Source: Bdellovibrionota bacterium
Lineage (GTDB): Bacteria; Bdellovibrionota_C; UBA2361; OMIW01
Direction: 5' to 3'
Length of the DNA stretch: 32,712 nucleotides
NCBI GenBank assembly: GCA_044345055.1
Contig: JBIJBT010000026.1
Span: 1 to 32,712, forward strand
The notes beneath the pieces were generated by a model, which saw only the letters and a program-made list of their open reading frames with translations, ran no database searches and was not told where the DNA came from. Made by a program: the position numbers and the translations under genes. This document shows, piece after piece, positions 18,514-29,471 of the stretch (position 1 is the stretch's first letter; each line of letters opens with the position of its first letter).

Positions 18514-18642
18514 TCGGACCTAAAAAGGTATTAAATGGGATTAAAATATCTGGAACTAAACGTTTTCACGATCGTTGATCGGAATGAAAACTATGTCTCT
18601 AAAGAACTTTCACGCCTAATCTAACCTAGTGATTCTAACTGA

Positions 18643-18670
18643 TTGTAACTGGAGAGGGGTTTGTTAGAAT
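18643..18670 (+). promoter_or_regulatory. Putative sigma70 promoter for the aminotransferase-mut genes
   Basis: TTGTAA-16 nt-TAGAAT with extended -10 TG. Confidence 0.35.
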
Positions 18671-18730
18671 GCTTGAATTGCAGCAGAATTATACGAAGCT
18701 TCTCCCTTTCTGCTTGATAAAGGCTCACCT

Positions 18731-20005
18731 ATGACCCTACCTCATCGGCTCTCTCCACTTTCTCGCTCCGCATCGCGTCCCTTTTCGCAGCGAGCTTTAA
18801 CAACCCCCGCCTCTCCAATACGACGTTTAGCTCCACTTGCTGCTGCTGCGCAGGAGTCCGGCAAAAGGATTATCCCGCTTAATATTGGACAACCCGATAT
18901 TATCCCACCCCATAAATTTGCTGAGGGAATGCGTAAGGCACTCGATCGCTCACCGATCGTTGCTTACGAACACTCGCAGGGGAGCTATTCGCTCCGCGAA
19001 AATTGGTCAGCTTATATTAACAAATCGCTCGGGCTAACGACGACCGCGGAAAATTTCCTTATCACGATGGGTGCGAGTGAGGCGCTGATTTTTCTATTTA
19101 TGGTGTGTGCTGACCCGGGAGACGAAATAATAATTTTTGATCCATCCTACGCAAATTACATCAGTTTTGCGGCAATAGTTGGGGTTCGACTAGTTCCAGT
19201 ACCGTGCGATGAGGCTGATGGCTTTCATCTGCCATCCGACGAGGTAATTGAGCAAGCGATATCCCCTCGAACTCGCGCGATCGTCGTGTGTAATCCAAAT
19301 AATCCAACCGGAACTGTGTACAGTAAATCGGAGCTCACTCGGCTGCTCTCAATTTGTGAGCAGCACGGATTGTTTCTCATCAGCGATGAAACGTACCGAG
19401 AATTTGTGTATGACGGTAGAGAGCCCCTCTCAGCGTTGATGATTGACGAGGGAAGCGATCGAGTGTTGGTGGTGGATAGCCTATCAAAACGATTTAGTCT
19501 TTGCGGAGCTCGCGTAGGAACAATTATAACAAAAAATACTGAGATAATTCGGCTATCGATGGTTATCGCCCAGTCACGTCTTGCGGGTCCAACTCTCGAA
19601 CAGGAGGCTGCAAGCTATCTCCTTAGTTCAATAGACGAGCAGTATCTGCAAGACGTAGTCGAGAAATACCAGCAGCGAAGAGGTGTCCTTTTTACCGCTA
19701 TTACAGAGAGTGCGGGTTTGCCGTGCCGACTTCCTGAAGGGGCATTTTATACACTTGTGGCTCTTCCAGTGGTTGATGCAGAACATTTTTGCTCTTTTCT
19801 CCTCCGCGAATTTGATGAAGAGGGAGATACGATATTCTTGGCGCCAGCTGATGGATTTTATATTGAACCTCCTCGCTCGCGGGCGTATGTTCGGATTGCA
19901 TACGTTGTTGATGAAGAGCGGCTGCGACGAGGTGGTGAGCTTCTTGGACGGGCACTTGCGGAGTATCGAGTAAGATACCCGGAGCAGTGGGTTCAATTGC
20001 CTTAG
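18731..20005 (+). CDS. Class I/II PLP-dependent aminotransferase (aspartate aminotransferase family)
   Basis: LNIGQPD, CNPNNPTG, SDETYREF, DSLSKRFSLCGARVG (PLP lysine), PEGAFY. Confidence 0.93.
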   Translation: MTLPHRLSPLSRSASRPFSQRALTTPASPIRRLAPLAAAAQESGKRIIPLNIGQPDIIPPHKFAEGMRKALDRSPIVAYEHSQGSYSLRENWSAYINKSLGLTTTAENFLITMGASEALIFLFMVCADPGDEIIIFDPSYANYISFAAIVGVRLVPVPCDEADGFHLPSDEVIEQAISPRTRAIVVCNPNNPTGTVYSKSELTRLLSICEQHGLFLISDETYREFVYDGREPLSALMIDEGSDRVLVVDSLSKRFSLCGARVGTIITKNTEIIRLSMVIAQSRLAGPTLEQEAASYLLSSIDEQYLQDVVEKYQQRRGVLFTAITESAGLPCRLPEGAFYTLVALPVVDAEHFCSFLLREFDEEGDTIFLAPADGFYIEPPRSRAYVRIAYVVDEERLRRGGELLGRALAEYRVRYPEQWVQLP

Positions 20006-20080
20006 CAGGGTGGTGAAGCGAACAACCATCCAGTGCTCGCTCACGAGTGGTGGCTCCTCATTTCCCCTATTCGGTAACCT

Positions 20081-22234
20081 ATGAATGAGTCCCCTATTCT
20101 ACTCCGCCATCACTTTGCAGAATCATCACCCGAGGAATGGGAAGAGGCCGCCTCAGCGCAGCTTCGTGGCGGTTCGGTAAAGAAACTTCAACGCACTCTT
20201 TGGGACGGTACTCCTGTTGCGCCGATCTATCATCGATCGATTCTAAAAGGCCACCCTCTGTTTGATGGTGCGCCTGGTCAGTCACCCTTTCATCGCGGAT
20301 TTTCTCCGAATGGTTTGGGGGGCGCGGGATGGGGAATAGCATCTGTATTATCCAGTGCGACCTCTGCATCAGAGATGCGAGAAATTCTCCGCGAAGAGGT
20401 TGAACAGGGTGCAACGGCGCTGAGATTAATTTTCGAAGCCGAGTCTACACCGAAAAATCAATCAGAAAATTCGTCGAAAAAAACAGCCCGATTCGGCTTT
20501 TCATTCGACTCTGTTGCTGCCCTGGGGGAAGCGCTCCGTGATATTTTAATCCCTCATGTAACGATAATCCTTGATGGAAGAGCCTTCAGTGGGGCAGCTC
20601 TTGCTCTTTTTTGGTCTTCACTCGATGAAGAGATTCGGTCAGGCCCACTTGATCTGCACCTAATCTGGGACCCGCTACAAGCTGAAATAAGCTCTGACTA
20701 TGCGCAATCGGGTATTGAGAGTGAAAAGCAGCTTGCGCTCCTTCACGATATCTTCTCGACGGCCGTCCTCCGCAGAGATGAAGCGAAAAAGTCGGGAAAG
20801 GACTCCCCTCCTCCTCTTCGGCTCCTCGGAGTTGATACAACCTTTGTCGCTGAAGCTGGTGGTGGACCCACTCATGAATTGGCGTGGCTCGGCGGCGCAT
20901 TGATCGAGTATCTTCGAATCTTAACTGCAGCAGGTCATTCCCCGAGTGATATCGCACGTCGTATAGGAGTCCAGCTCGCAGCTCGGCCCACATTTTTTGT
21001 AACAGCAGCAACCTTTCGCGCAGCTCGGATCATAATTGGTACTATTTTAGATGCATTTGGTGTAGATCCAACCGATGCAGCGATGCCGCTTCATGCCTTC
21101 TGCTTAAGACGCTCGCTCTCAACTCTTGATCCTCACACAAATGCGCTTCGGGTTACCGCAGAGATTTTCGGTGGGATTCTTGGAGGTGCCTCAACGACAA
21201 CGGCGATACCATTTGATAGCATCACCACCAGCGAATCAACACGTTCGCGACGACTCGCTCGCAACACCCAACTTATCTTGCGCGATGAAGCGCTCCTCAA
21301 TCAGGTGATCGACCCTGCTGGTGGTTCGTGGTTTATTGAATCGCTGACAGCAGATTTAGCGGCCGACTCTTGGCGGATTATTCAGGAGATTGAATCGCGG
21401 GGAGGTATTCGACAAGCGATCTCTGAGGGATTTTTTCAGCGTTTAGTAGCAGGCGCTGCTGATGCTGAGACACAAGCTGTTTTAACGCGGCGTTCAGTTC
21501 TAGTTGGTGTAAATCAGTATCCGGATGGAGAGAAATTCGCTTCAGATGAAGTTATAAAATCTGATTGTGCCGAAAGTAATGAGAAAATTATTAGTAAAGA
21601 GGCAGCTCTTTCTCTCTCCTCCACAACGTTTATCGAGCTTGTCGCTAGAGCATCCCAGGAAGCTTCTCTTTGTGAGTTGATAGGGGATAGATCACAGAAT
21701 CTTGATAAGCACCTCATTCTTCTTTCACCCAATCGCAACGCTGCTCCCTTTGAGGAGCTTCGCTCTCATATCGAGACAATTCCGTTTGCGCCGCATATCC
21801 AAATTGCACCTATAGGAGATGCGTCATCACTCCGGCCGAGAATCGATTTTAGTCGCGATTTCTTTGGAATTGGAGGATTTAAAACTGAAGTATTACCGGT
21901 ATGTACCACTCCTGATGAATTGGCTTTATTACTGCCCAATATTCCCGCTGATGTGATTGCGCTATCGGGATCTGATAGTGCTTATTCCTCGGTGATACCA
22001 GAAGTTATAAAAGTATTGGAAATCCGATACGGCACAAAGAGGCCATTAATTATTGTAGCTGGGCAACTTGATGGAGACTCAGATCAGCTGCGAAATCTTG
22101 GTGTCTATACAACGATTCACCTTCGGGCTGATCCGATCGCGGTACTTACCAATCTGGCTGATGCAATCTTCGCAAGAGGCCCGGCTTCTTGTTCTACGAG
22201 AGTAGACTCAGCAGGCCAAGAGCATGACAGATAA
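20081..22234 (+). CDS. mutA: Methylmalonyl-CoA mutase small (non-catalytic) subunit
   Basis: [52 protein letters not shown]; no DxHxxG motif; directly upstream of the large subunit. Confidence 0.9.
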   Translation: MNESPILLRHHFAESSPEEWEEAASAQLRGGSVKKLQRTLWDGTPVAPIYHRSILKGHPLFDGAPGQSPFHRGFSPNGLGGAGWGIASVLSSATSASEMREILREEVEQGATALRLIFEAESTPKNQSENSSKKTARFGFSFDSVAALGEALRDILIPHVTIILDGRAFSGAALALFWSSLDEEIRSGPLDLHLIWDPLQAEISSDYAQSGIESEKQLALLHDIFSTAVLRRDEAKKSGKDSPPPLRLLGVDTTFVAEAGGGPTHELAWLGGALIEYLRILTAAGHSPSDIARRIGVQLAARPTFFVTAATFRAARIIIGTILDAFGVDPTDAAMPLHAFCLRRSLSTLDPHTNALRVTAEIFGGILGGASTTTAIPFDSITTSESTRSRRLARNTQLILRDEALLNQVIDPAGGSWFIESLTADLAADSWRIIQEIESRGGIRQAISEGFFQRLVAGAADAETQAVLTRRSVLVGVNQYPDGEKFASDEVIKSDCAESNEKIISKEAALSLSSTTFIELVARASQEASLCELIGDRSQNLDKHLILLSPNRNAAPFEELRSHIETIPFAPHIQIAPIGDASSLRPRIDFSRDFFGIGGFKTEVLPVCTTPDELALLLPNIPADVIALSGSDSAYSSVIPEVIKVLEIRYGTKRPLIIVAGQLDGDSDQLRNLGVYTTIHLRADPIAVLTNLADAIFARGPASCSTRVDSAGQEHDR

Positions 22235-22245
22235 CGAGGTCTTTA

Positions 22246-24441
22246 ATGACAACCGTTCCCGACTTCACGCAAATTTCTCTTCAGTTACCCACTCCTACCT
22301 TTTCCGCAGAAAAATTTCGCGAAAAGTGGCGAGCACAGTTCGAGACTATAGAAGGTTGCTCGCTTGAGAAGCGCCAAAAAGAGGCGCTCGACGGCTTCCC
22401 TATTTTTCCGCTCTATTCTGCGGCAGATATCGAGAAGTGCGAACATCTTGGATTTTCAGCGGGAGTGCCTCCCTTTCTTCGTGGACCATACGCCACGATG
22501 TATGCGACACAGCCGTGGACTATTCGACAATACGCAGGGTTCTCGACCGCCGAGGAGAGTAACGCGTTTTACCGAAGTAATCTCGCACAGGGACAAAAAG
22601 GGCTCTCAATCGCATTCGATCTAGCAACCCATCGGGGATATGACTCAGATCATCCGCGGGTTGTGGGCGATGTCGGGAAAGCAGGAGTTGCGATCGATAC
22701 GGTTGAAGATATGAAGCGGTTGTTCGAGGGAATTCCGCTAGGAGATGTATCGGTTTCAATGACGATGAACGGTGCAGTTTTACCAATAATGGCATTTTAC
22801 ATCGTCGCAGCGGAGGAACAGGGTGTCGCGGTGGAGTCGCTCAACGGAACGATTCAGAACGACATACTTAAAGAGTATATGGTGCGAAACACCTATATTT
22901 ATCCCCCTGCTCCCTCAATGCGGATTATCGCTGATATTTTTCGATATGCCGCAGAGAAGATGCCCAAGTTTAATAGCATCAGCATCTCTGGATATCATCT
23001 ACACGAGGCTGGAGCTACTGCATCTCTTGAGATGGCGTACACCCTCGCCGATGGGCTTGAATATGTGAGGACCGGACTGAAAGCGGGACTAGCTATCGAT
23101 CACTTTGCGCCGCGGCTCTCTTTTTTCTGGGCTCAGGGGATGAATCTGCTCTTTGAGATAGCAAAGATGAGGGCCGCTCGGGTGTTGTGGGCCACAATTA
23201 TAAAAAAATTTAATCCAAATAATCCAAAATCAATGGCGCTCCGAACCCATAGCCAAACCTCGGGATGGAGCCTCACCGAGCAAGACCCATACAACAATAT
23301 TGTGCGAACCTTCGTCGAGGCGATGGCGGCAACGATGGGCGGAACTCAATCGCTTCACACAAACTCCCTCGATGAAGCTATAGCACTTCCAACCGATTTT
23401 TCTGCCCGTATAGCTCGAAACACTCAGCTTGTTCTTCGGCATGAAACAGGGCTTTGCGATGTAGTTGATCCGTGGGGAGGATCCTTCGCGGTTGAGGCGC
23501 TTACTCACGAGCTTATGGAGCGAAGCTGGGGATATATTCAGGAGATTGAGCAGCTTGGTGGGATGGCCGCCGCGATTGAATCAGGTTTACCGAAACTTCG
23601 CATTGAGGAGGCTGCCGCACGACGACAGGCCTTGATAGATTCCGGTGCAGAGGTAATTATCGGCGTAAATCGGTATCGACAAGATCGTCAGGAAGATATT
23701 CCAATTCGAGAGGTGGACAACACAGCAGTTCGCATTGCTCAGGTTGCGCGACTAGCTGCGGTAAGGCAAAGTCGTGATAGTTCTGCTGTGGAGGCTGCAT
23801 TAAAGGCGCTAACCGCGGCGGCCGAAACGAGCAATTCTCCCGATAATCTTCTGGCTCTCTCCATCATTGCAGCGCGGGCCAGAGCTACACTTGGTGAAAT
23901 ATCAAGCGCACTCGAGCAAGCGTTTGGAAGACACCGCCCCACTATTCGTTCGGTATCAGGTGTGTACAAGTCGAGCTATCCGAATAAAGAGTGTATTGAA
24001 GCGATGCAACTTCGGACCGCGCGGTTTGAAGAAAAGTTTGGCCGCAGACCTCGAATAGTAATCGCAAAACTTGGTCAGGACGGCCACGATCGTGGCGCAA
24101 AAATCGTTGCGACTGCATACGCCGATCTCGGATTTGATGTCGATATCGGGCCTCTCTTTCAAACACCCGAAGAATGCGCTCGGCAGGCGGTGGAGAACGA
24201 TGTGCACATCGTTGGGGTTAGCTCACTAGCTGGAGGACACAAAACTCTCGTACCAGCTTTGATAGCGGAACTAAGTCGATTGGGCCGACCAGATATCGGT
24301 GTTGTGTGTGGTGGGGTAATTCCTCACGCCGATTACGGCTATCTTGAGAATCTTGGAGTGTGGGCAATTTTTGGGCCGGGCTCGGCGATACCAGCAGCCG
24401 CAGAAAAACTGCTCGATCTATTGGAAAAACGGCTCTCGTAA
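22246..24441 (+). CDS. mutB: Methylmalonyl-CoA mutase large subunit
   Basis: [28 protein letters not shown]12-binding GQDGHDRG. Confidence 0.97.
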   Translation: MTTVPDFTQISLQLPTPTFSAEKFREKWRAQFETIEGCSLEKRQKEALDGFPIFPLYSAADIEKCEHLGFSAGVPPFLRGPYATMYATQPWTIRQYAGFSTAEESNAFYRSNLAQGQKGLSIAFDLATHRGYDSDHPRVVGDVGKAGVAIDTVEDMKRLFEGIPLGDVSVSMTMNGAVLPIMAFYIVAAEEQGVAVESLNGTIQNDILKEYMVRNTYIYPPAPSMRIIADIFRYAAEKMPKFNSISISGYHLHEAGATASLEMAYTLADGLEYVRTGLKAGLAIDHFAPRLSFFWAQGMNLLFEIAKMRAARVLWATIIKKFNPNNPKSMALRTHSQTSGWSLTEQDPYNNIVRTFVEAMAATMGGTQSLHTNSLDEAIALPTDFSARIARNTQLVLRHETGLCDVVDPWGGSFAVEALTHELMERSWGYIQEIEQLGGMAAAIESGLPKLRIEEAAARRQALIDSGAEVIIGVNRYRQDRQEDIPIREVDNTAVRIAQVARLAAVRQSRDSSAVEAALKALTAAAETSNSPDNLLALSIIAARARATLGEISSALEQAFGRHRPTIRSVSGVYKSSYPNKECIEAMQLRTARFEEKFGRRPRIVIAKLGQDGHDRGAKIVATAYADLGFDVDIGPLFQTPEECARQAVENDVHIVGVSSLAGGHKTLVPALIAELSRLGRPDIGVVCGGVIPHADYGYLENLGVWAIFGPGSAIPAAAEKLLDLLEKRLS

Positions 24442-24448
24442 TATCGCT

Positions 24449-25459
24449 ATGACGAGTATCCCCTTCTCTCTTCCCAAATTAATCGATGGTGTACGCGCTT
24501 GCGATAGAGCTTCGGTCGGTCGAGCGATAACTCTTGTTGAAAGCACTGCACCGCACGATCAGGCACCAGCAGAAGAGCTGCTGCGTGCATTGATACCACT
24601 AAGTGGCAACTCAATCCGCGTGGGAATCACGGGAGTTCCCGGTGCTGGAAAAAGCAATTTTATTGAGCGTTTTGGACTTCATCGAGCTAGTGAAGGCGCT
24701 CGTGTTGCGGTCCTTGCGATAGACCCAAGCAGTCCCCGTTCGGGGGGAAGTATTCTTGGGGACAAAACCCGTATGGAGCAGCTCAGTAAGCACCCCGACT
24801 GTTTTGTTCGTCCATCACCTTCCCGAGGCTCACTGGGCGGCATCTCACAAAAAACAAGAGAAGTGATAATTATCTGTGAAGCGGCTGGATTTGATACAAT
24901 CATCGTAGAAACGGTCGGGGTGGGGCAAAGCGAGGTCGCCGTCCGCTCAGTAACAGATTTTTTTATCCTACTCTGTATTACCGGAGCAGGCGATGAGCTA
25001 CAGGGCTTCAAAAAGGGGGTTATCGAACTTGCCGATCTGATACTAGTAAACAAAGCAGATGGTGAAAATGAGCGAGCAGCAAGGCAGCTCAGCGCCGAGC
25101 TCAACGGGATACTCCATTATCTTCCCCCCTCCTCCCCCCACTGGTCCCCAAGAGCATTGCCAATATCATCGCTCTCCGGTGAGGGCATCCTAGAAGCCGA
25201 CTCCCTAATTAAGGCCGCAATCACCGAGCTCCGCAATTCAGGAGACCTTCAAACACACCGCACCACCCAGTTGACCGAGTGGCTAGAGCGACTCTTCCGC
25301 GATGAAGTAGAGCGAGCAGTACTAGCACTACCAGAGATCAAAAAACTGCAGCAAGTGCTGACTGCACGGGTGGTTAAGGGTGATATTACGGCAAGAGAAG
25401 CGGTGAGAGAGCTGATTGGGAGGCTGCCGATCCACCCCGAATCAGACCAAATTCTCTGA
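24449..25459 (+). CDS. meaB: Methylmalonyl-CoA mutase-associated GTPase
   Basis: GITGVPGAGKS, AIDPSS, GGSILGDKTRM, ETVGVGQSE, GDELQGFKKG, NKAD. ATG 24449 follows the mutB stop. Confidence 0.95.
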   Translation: MTSIPFSLPKLIDGVRACDRASVGRAITLVESTAPHDQAPAEELLRALIPLSGNSIRVGITGVPGAGKSNFIERFGLHRASEGARVAVLAIDPSSPRSGGSILGDKTRMEQLSKHPDCFVRPSPSRGSLGGISQKTREVIIICEAAGFDTIIVETVGVGQSEVAVRSVTDFFILLCITGAGDELQGFKKGVIELADLILVNKADGENERAARQLSAELNGILHYLPPSSPHWSPRALPISSLSGEGILEADSLIKAAITELRNSGDLQTHRTTQLTEWLERLFRDEVERAVLALPEIKKLQQVLTARVVKGDITAREAVRELIGRLPIHPESDQIL

Positions 25460-25617
25460 GTATATGAGCCAAGAGTTTAAGTGCTGACTGGTCGGCACTC
25501 ATTCGCTTAATGGGCCGAGGAATGGTAAAATGCGATGGCTTTCATGTGCCATATCCTTTCCGTTTTTTTTACTGATTTCTGACCATTCTCGATTGGCATA
25601 TATCCTCGATCCTTCCA

Positions 25618-27259
25618 ATGAAAAACTCCCCCCGACCACTCATCCACCTCGACCACGTCACCAAAGAAGGATTGACGGAACGTCCTGCGATTGAAGACTG
25701 CTCTCTTACCTTTACTGCGGGGAACGTCTACGGCATCGTCGGTCGTCAAGGAGCCGGCAAGAGCGCTTTGGTTCGTCTTATGCTTGGCATATATTTGCCA
25801 ACGAGCGGCTCGTGTTCGGTGTGTGGTGAGACACCGCCACTTCTCTCTGACGCGCTTCTCAACCGCATTGGGTACGTTCATCAAGATGATGAATTGGTGA
25901 GCTATCAGACGGGTGAGGAGTTTCTCCGGTTTATCCGTCCCCACTACGCGCACTGGAATAATGACTTTCTCCAATCGCTGATCAATAAACTAGACGTCCC
26001 TCTCACGACTCCCATCAAGCGACTCTCTCCAAGTAGAGCGATACAGCCTCGGCATAGCAGCCGCCCTCGCCCACGAACCCGACATCGTCCTCCTCGATGA
26101 ACCAGGAGAGCCTCTTGATAACGCGCGACGCGAGCAGCTGAAGGAGATTATTCGAGAGTACGCCGCGACGGGAGAACGGCTGATTGTTGTCGTTTCAAAA
26201 GATGCGGCGTTGCTTGAGGGGGTGATCTCGCATTTGGTGGCACTTAAGGAGGGGCGGGTTGTTTGCGATGAGGCGGTTGAGAGCCTCCAATCGCGGTTTG
26301 TCCATCTTTCGGTGAATACCGATTCTGACGAGGCTAGACAGTATGTTGATGATGGATTCGTTGCGCCGGTAGCGACCTATCCATTCCGAAGCGCGGTGAT
26401 TGCCCCGAATGCGGCGATTCGTCCCCTCGAGTATCGAGCCGAGCTCTCGGGATGGCGTACTGAAAAACGGACGGCGAGTCTTGGTGAAATAGTGCGCTAC
26501 CTTTTTCCCGAAAGTCCTAGGCGGTTGGAAAGCTCACAAATCGAGGAGCAGCCTGAACCCATTGGCATACAAAACGCCCGTCGGCCGAGAGCAAAGCGAG
26601 AAAGAAAGAATTCTCCGATAAGGACCCCACGATACCTCTTCACAAATAACAGCTCCCCGTGGAACTACCTTTGGCAAATGCTCGGCAAAACGCTTTCTCT
26701 CCATCCTCGGCGCTTTTTCTCATGCCTTCATTGGACATCGGCGCGATTTTTTGTCCGACGTTTTCGACAACGAGGCTTGATGTTAAATCTTGCACGGTGG
26801 GTATACCTCGGAGTGGTATTTCTTATCGCAGCAACCAGTTTAATGTTTCTTGCTTGGAGAGTAGAGGGATCTCTTGGAGTCGCTTCTGGATTTTTGCAAT
26901 CCTTTTTAGGGTTAGCTATGTGGCCCTACTTTCAGTTTATCATGTCCCCCCGATTATTCTCACCGAATCCATCCATAGACCCAAGGCTGGAAAAAACCGC
27001 GAAAGAAGTGCCTTCAACGCTGCTAAAAAAAAGGTGCTCCCCTTACATACCAGCATCTTTTTACGGACTGATGTGGATCGTGATGATGATAGCCATGTAT
27101 GTTTGTTTTATACTTGGGAGGCAGTTTAAAGGTTTAGGTTTTGTGGGGACAACACTAATCCCTGTCTTCTATCTAATTTTCGGATGGATCAATGTTTTTG
27201 TCATCCGCGCTGAATTTGCACGTCAGGCTAAACTCACCGAAACCGCCGACGTCCGTTAA
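25618..27259 (+). pseudogene. Frameshifted, degenerate ABC ATPase fused to a C-terminal membrane domain
   Basis: Walker A GRQGAGKS is in ORF 25618. After ~26035 the +1 frame reads ERYSLGIAAALAHEPDIVLLDEP and continues into ORF 26210-27259, which has several TM segments. Confidence 0.75.
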
Positions 27260-27334
27260 AGACACCGCTATCTCCCTCCTATGGCCTCAGCCCTTCGCAC
27301 CTCTTTGTGTCAGACACTTAGAAAAAGAGATGCC

Positions 27335-27472
27335 CCCGAAGCAGCCCGATGTGCGGCGCTTCAAGGGGCTGAGCTCTTGGTGTATCCAACCGCTATCGGG
27401 AATGTCGATAGCTGCGGCCAGCCGACAGGCCACTGGCAGGAGGCGTGGGAGATATCGCAGCGTGCTCACGCT
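27335..27472 (+). pseudogene. Internal fragment of a carbon-nitrogen hydrolase (N-carbamoylputrescine amidase AguB-like)
   Basis: PEAARCAALQGAELLVYPTAIG..WQEAWEISQRAHA matches the segment after the nucleophile motif; flanks look unrelated. Confidence 0.75.
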
Positions 27473-27687
27473 AAAACTGGCTCTGCTCTTCTCAGACTAA
27501 TAAAGGTTCCCCTAAGCTTCACCTTCGTTCGCCCCTACCTCACTCGCTAAGCCTCTATCGGACACAACTTCACAATTGCGCCACTACCAATTCGGAGACT
27601 ACTGTCCGGCGGCGAGCTTTGAGTGCATTTTTCTCGTCAAAGCGCACAATACCGTTCAGACAGACTACACCCACCCGTACTACACAT

Positions 27688-28941
27688 CTACGCCGATTCA
27701 GCTTGCTTGTGAAACACCACCAGCGGCTTTTCACCTTTGGTGATCGACTCCTCGGTAATCACTATTTCTTTAATCTCGGGATCTGAGGGGACCTCGAACA
27801 TCACATCGAGCATCGTATGTTCAAGGACCGAACGTAATCCTCGCGCTCCCGATTTTCGCTCGATACATTTACGAGCTACTGCGCGCAAAGCCTGGTCGGT
27901 TATATGAAGCTCAACGTTTTCAAGCTCCATCAATCGACGGTACTGTTTTGTGATTGCATTTTTTGGTTCAACCAAAACCCGAACGAGAGCCTCTTCATCG
28001 AGATCTTCAAGGGTTGCGATCAACGGTAGTCGACCTACAAACTCAGGAATAAGTCCAAATTTTAATAGGTCCTCTGGCTGGAGTTGTCCCATTAAAGATT
28101 TCGGCTTTACCTCAGCAACCTTGCCAGCCTTCATTCCAAAGCCGATAGATTTCTCCCCGACTCGATGTTTAATCATCCCTTCCAATCCAACGAAAGCACC
28201 GCCGCAAATGAAGAGAATATTGGTTGTGTTTACCTGTAAAAACTCTTGCTGAGGATGTTTTCTACCACCCTTCGGAGGCACGCTCGCTACTGTGCCCTCT
28301 AACATCTTCAATAACGCCTGCTGAACCCCCTCTCCAGATACGTCTCTTGTTATCGAGGGATTTTCAGCTTTGCGGGAAACTTTGTCGATTTCATCAATAT
28401 AAACAATGCCCCGCTGTGCCCGTTCCACATCATAATCAGCGGCCTGCAACAACCCGAGAATGACACTTTCGACATCCTCGCCAACGTATCCAGCTTCAGT
28501 GAGGCTCGTCGCATCACAGATTGTAAACGGTACATCCAAAACCCGTGCGAGAGTCTGGGCTAATAGAGTCTTACCCGAGCCAGTTGGTCCGATGAGTAAG
28601 ATATTCGACTTGGCGATCTCTACATCGTTCGGGGATTTTTTTGCTCCGATTCTCTTGTAATGGTTATGCACCGCGACAGAGAGAACTTTTTTTGCGAAGT
28701 CCTGACCGATGACGTATTGATCCAAAACCTCTTTTATCGCTTTTGGTTGAGGAACCTTTACCTGCGTGCTAACGCCGGTGTCGGAGTCAGTTTCATCCGC
28801 CATGATATCGTTGCAGAGATCAATACATTCATCACAGATATATACTGATGGCCCAGCAATCAACTTTCGCACTTCATCCTGAGTGCGGGCGCAAAACGAG
28901 CACGACAATGTACCTTTGTTCCGATCACTATTTCTGCTCAA
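27688..28941 (-). CDS. clpX: ATP-dependent Clp protease ATP-binding subunit ClpX
   Basis: Zn finger [47 protein letters not shown] and IGF loops; TTG start. Confidence 0.98.
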   Translation of the reverse strand: MSRNSDRNKGTLSCSFCARTQDEVRKLIAGPSVYICDECIDLCNDIMADETDSDTGVSTQVKVPQPKAIKEVLDQYVIGQDFAKKVLSVAVHNHYKRIGAKKSPNDVEIAKSNILLIGPTGSGKTLLAQTLARVLDVPFTICDATSLTEAGYVGEDVESVILGLLQAADYDVERAQRGIVYIDEIDKVSRKAENPSITRDVSGEGVQQALLKMLEGTVASVPPKGGRKHPQQEFLQVNTTNILFICGGAFVGLEGMIKHRVGEKSIGFGMKAGKVAEVKPKSLMGQLQPEDLLKFGLIPEFVGRLPLIATLEDLDEEALVRVLVEPKNAITKQYRRLMELENVELHITDQALRAVARKCIERKSGARGLRSVLEHTMLDVMFEVPSDPEIKEIVITEESITKGEKPLVVFHKQAESA

Positions 28942-29211
28942 GTGACACCTCTTAAATTATTCAGGAGGAGATTCTCCAGGTCAGTCCGGGACTTTAGGTG
29001 AGTATTTAGGTCCTTCTCCCTACACCGCTGTAACGCTATCATGATTATCAACTCGTTCGCCACCCCGCTGATAAGAGGCATCACTATCGAAAACCATATT
29101 ACTTTTTCTGGCGCTCCCGAAGAATCTCAGAAGAATTTGCCATATCATTCGAAGACTCGTATCCTCAGCGTTGCAATCAGCACTCGATTTAGTTACCCTT
29201 CTGGTGGTTGA

Positions 29212-29292
29212 GCGGGGGTGGTGAAATGGCAGACACGCCAGATTTAGGATCTGGTGCCGCAAGGCGTGGGGGTTCAAGTCCCCCCTCCCGCA
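29212..29292 (+). tRNA. tRNA-Leu (anticodon TAG); CCA not encoded
   Basis: Acceptor GCGGGGG/CTCCCGC-A, anticodon arm CCAGA-TTTAGGA-TCTGG, variable arm GCC-GCAA-GGC, T-loop GGTTCAAGTCC. Confidence 0.97.
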
Positions 29293-29471
29293 ATTGACCC
29301 TAAAAAATTCCCGTGAATGCAAGACGCCCTCGGATACGGAAATCCGTGAGCGTCCGAAATGCAGCTTTTCGGAAGAGACCATTCCAAATTTCGATTGTCT
29401 TTGTTTTGACAGACGAGGCAGTCCCAAGATTCAGATCCAGCATACAGTAAGAAAGAGAGGATTTACGAGCT

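Noticed and set aside
20006..20080. Cobalamin riboswitch before mutA
   Set aside because: Gap is only 75 nt and has no B12-box.
24344..24448. Longer meaB N-terminus from the ORF track
   Set aside because: Overlaps mutB by ~100 nt; ATG 24449 gives a normal MeaB.
25594..25609. Sigma54-like TGGCAT upstream of the ABC gene
   Set aside because: The -12 position reads CG rather than GC and it is too close to the start codon.
29212..29292. tRNA-Leu as an integration site
   Set aside because: No duplicated tRNA 3' end, integrase or phage gene seen in the window.
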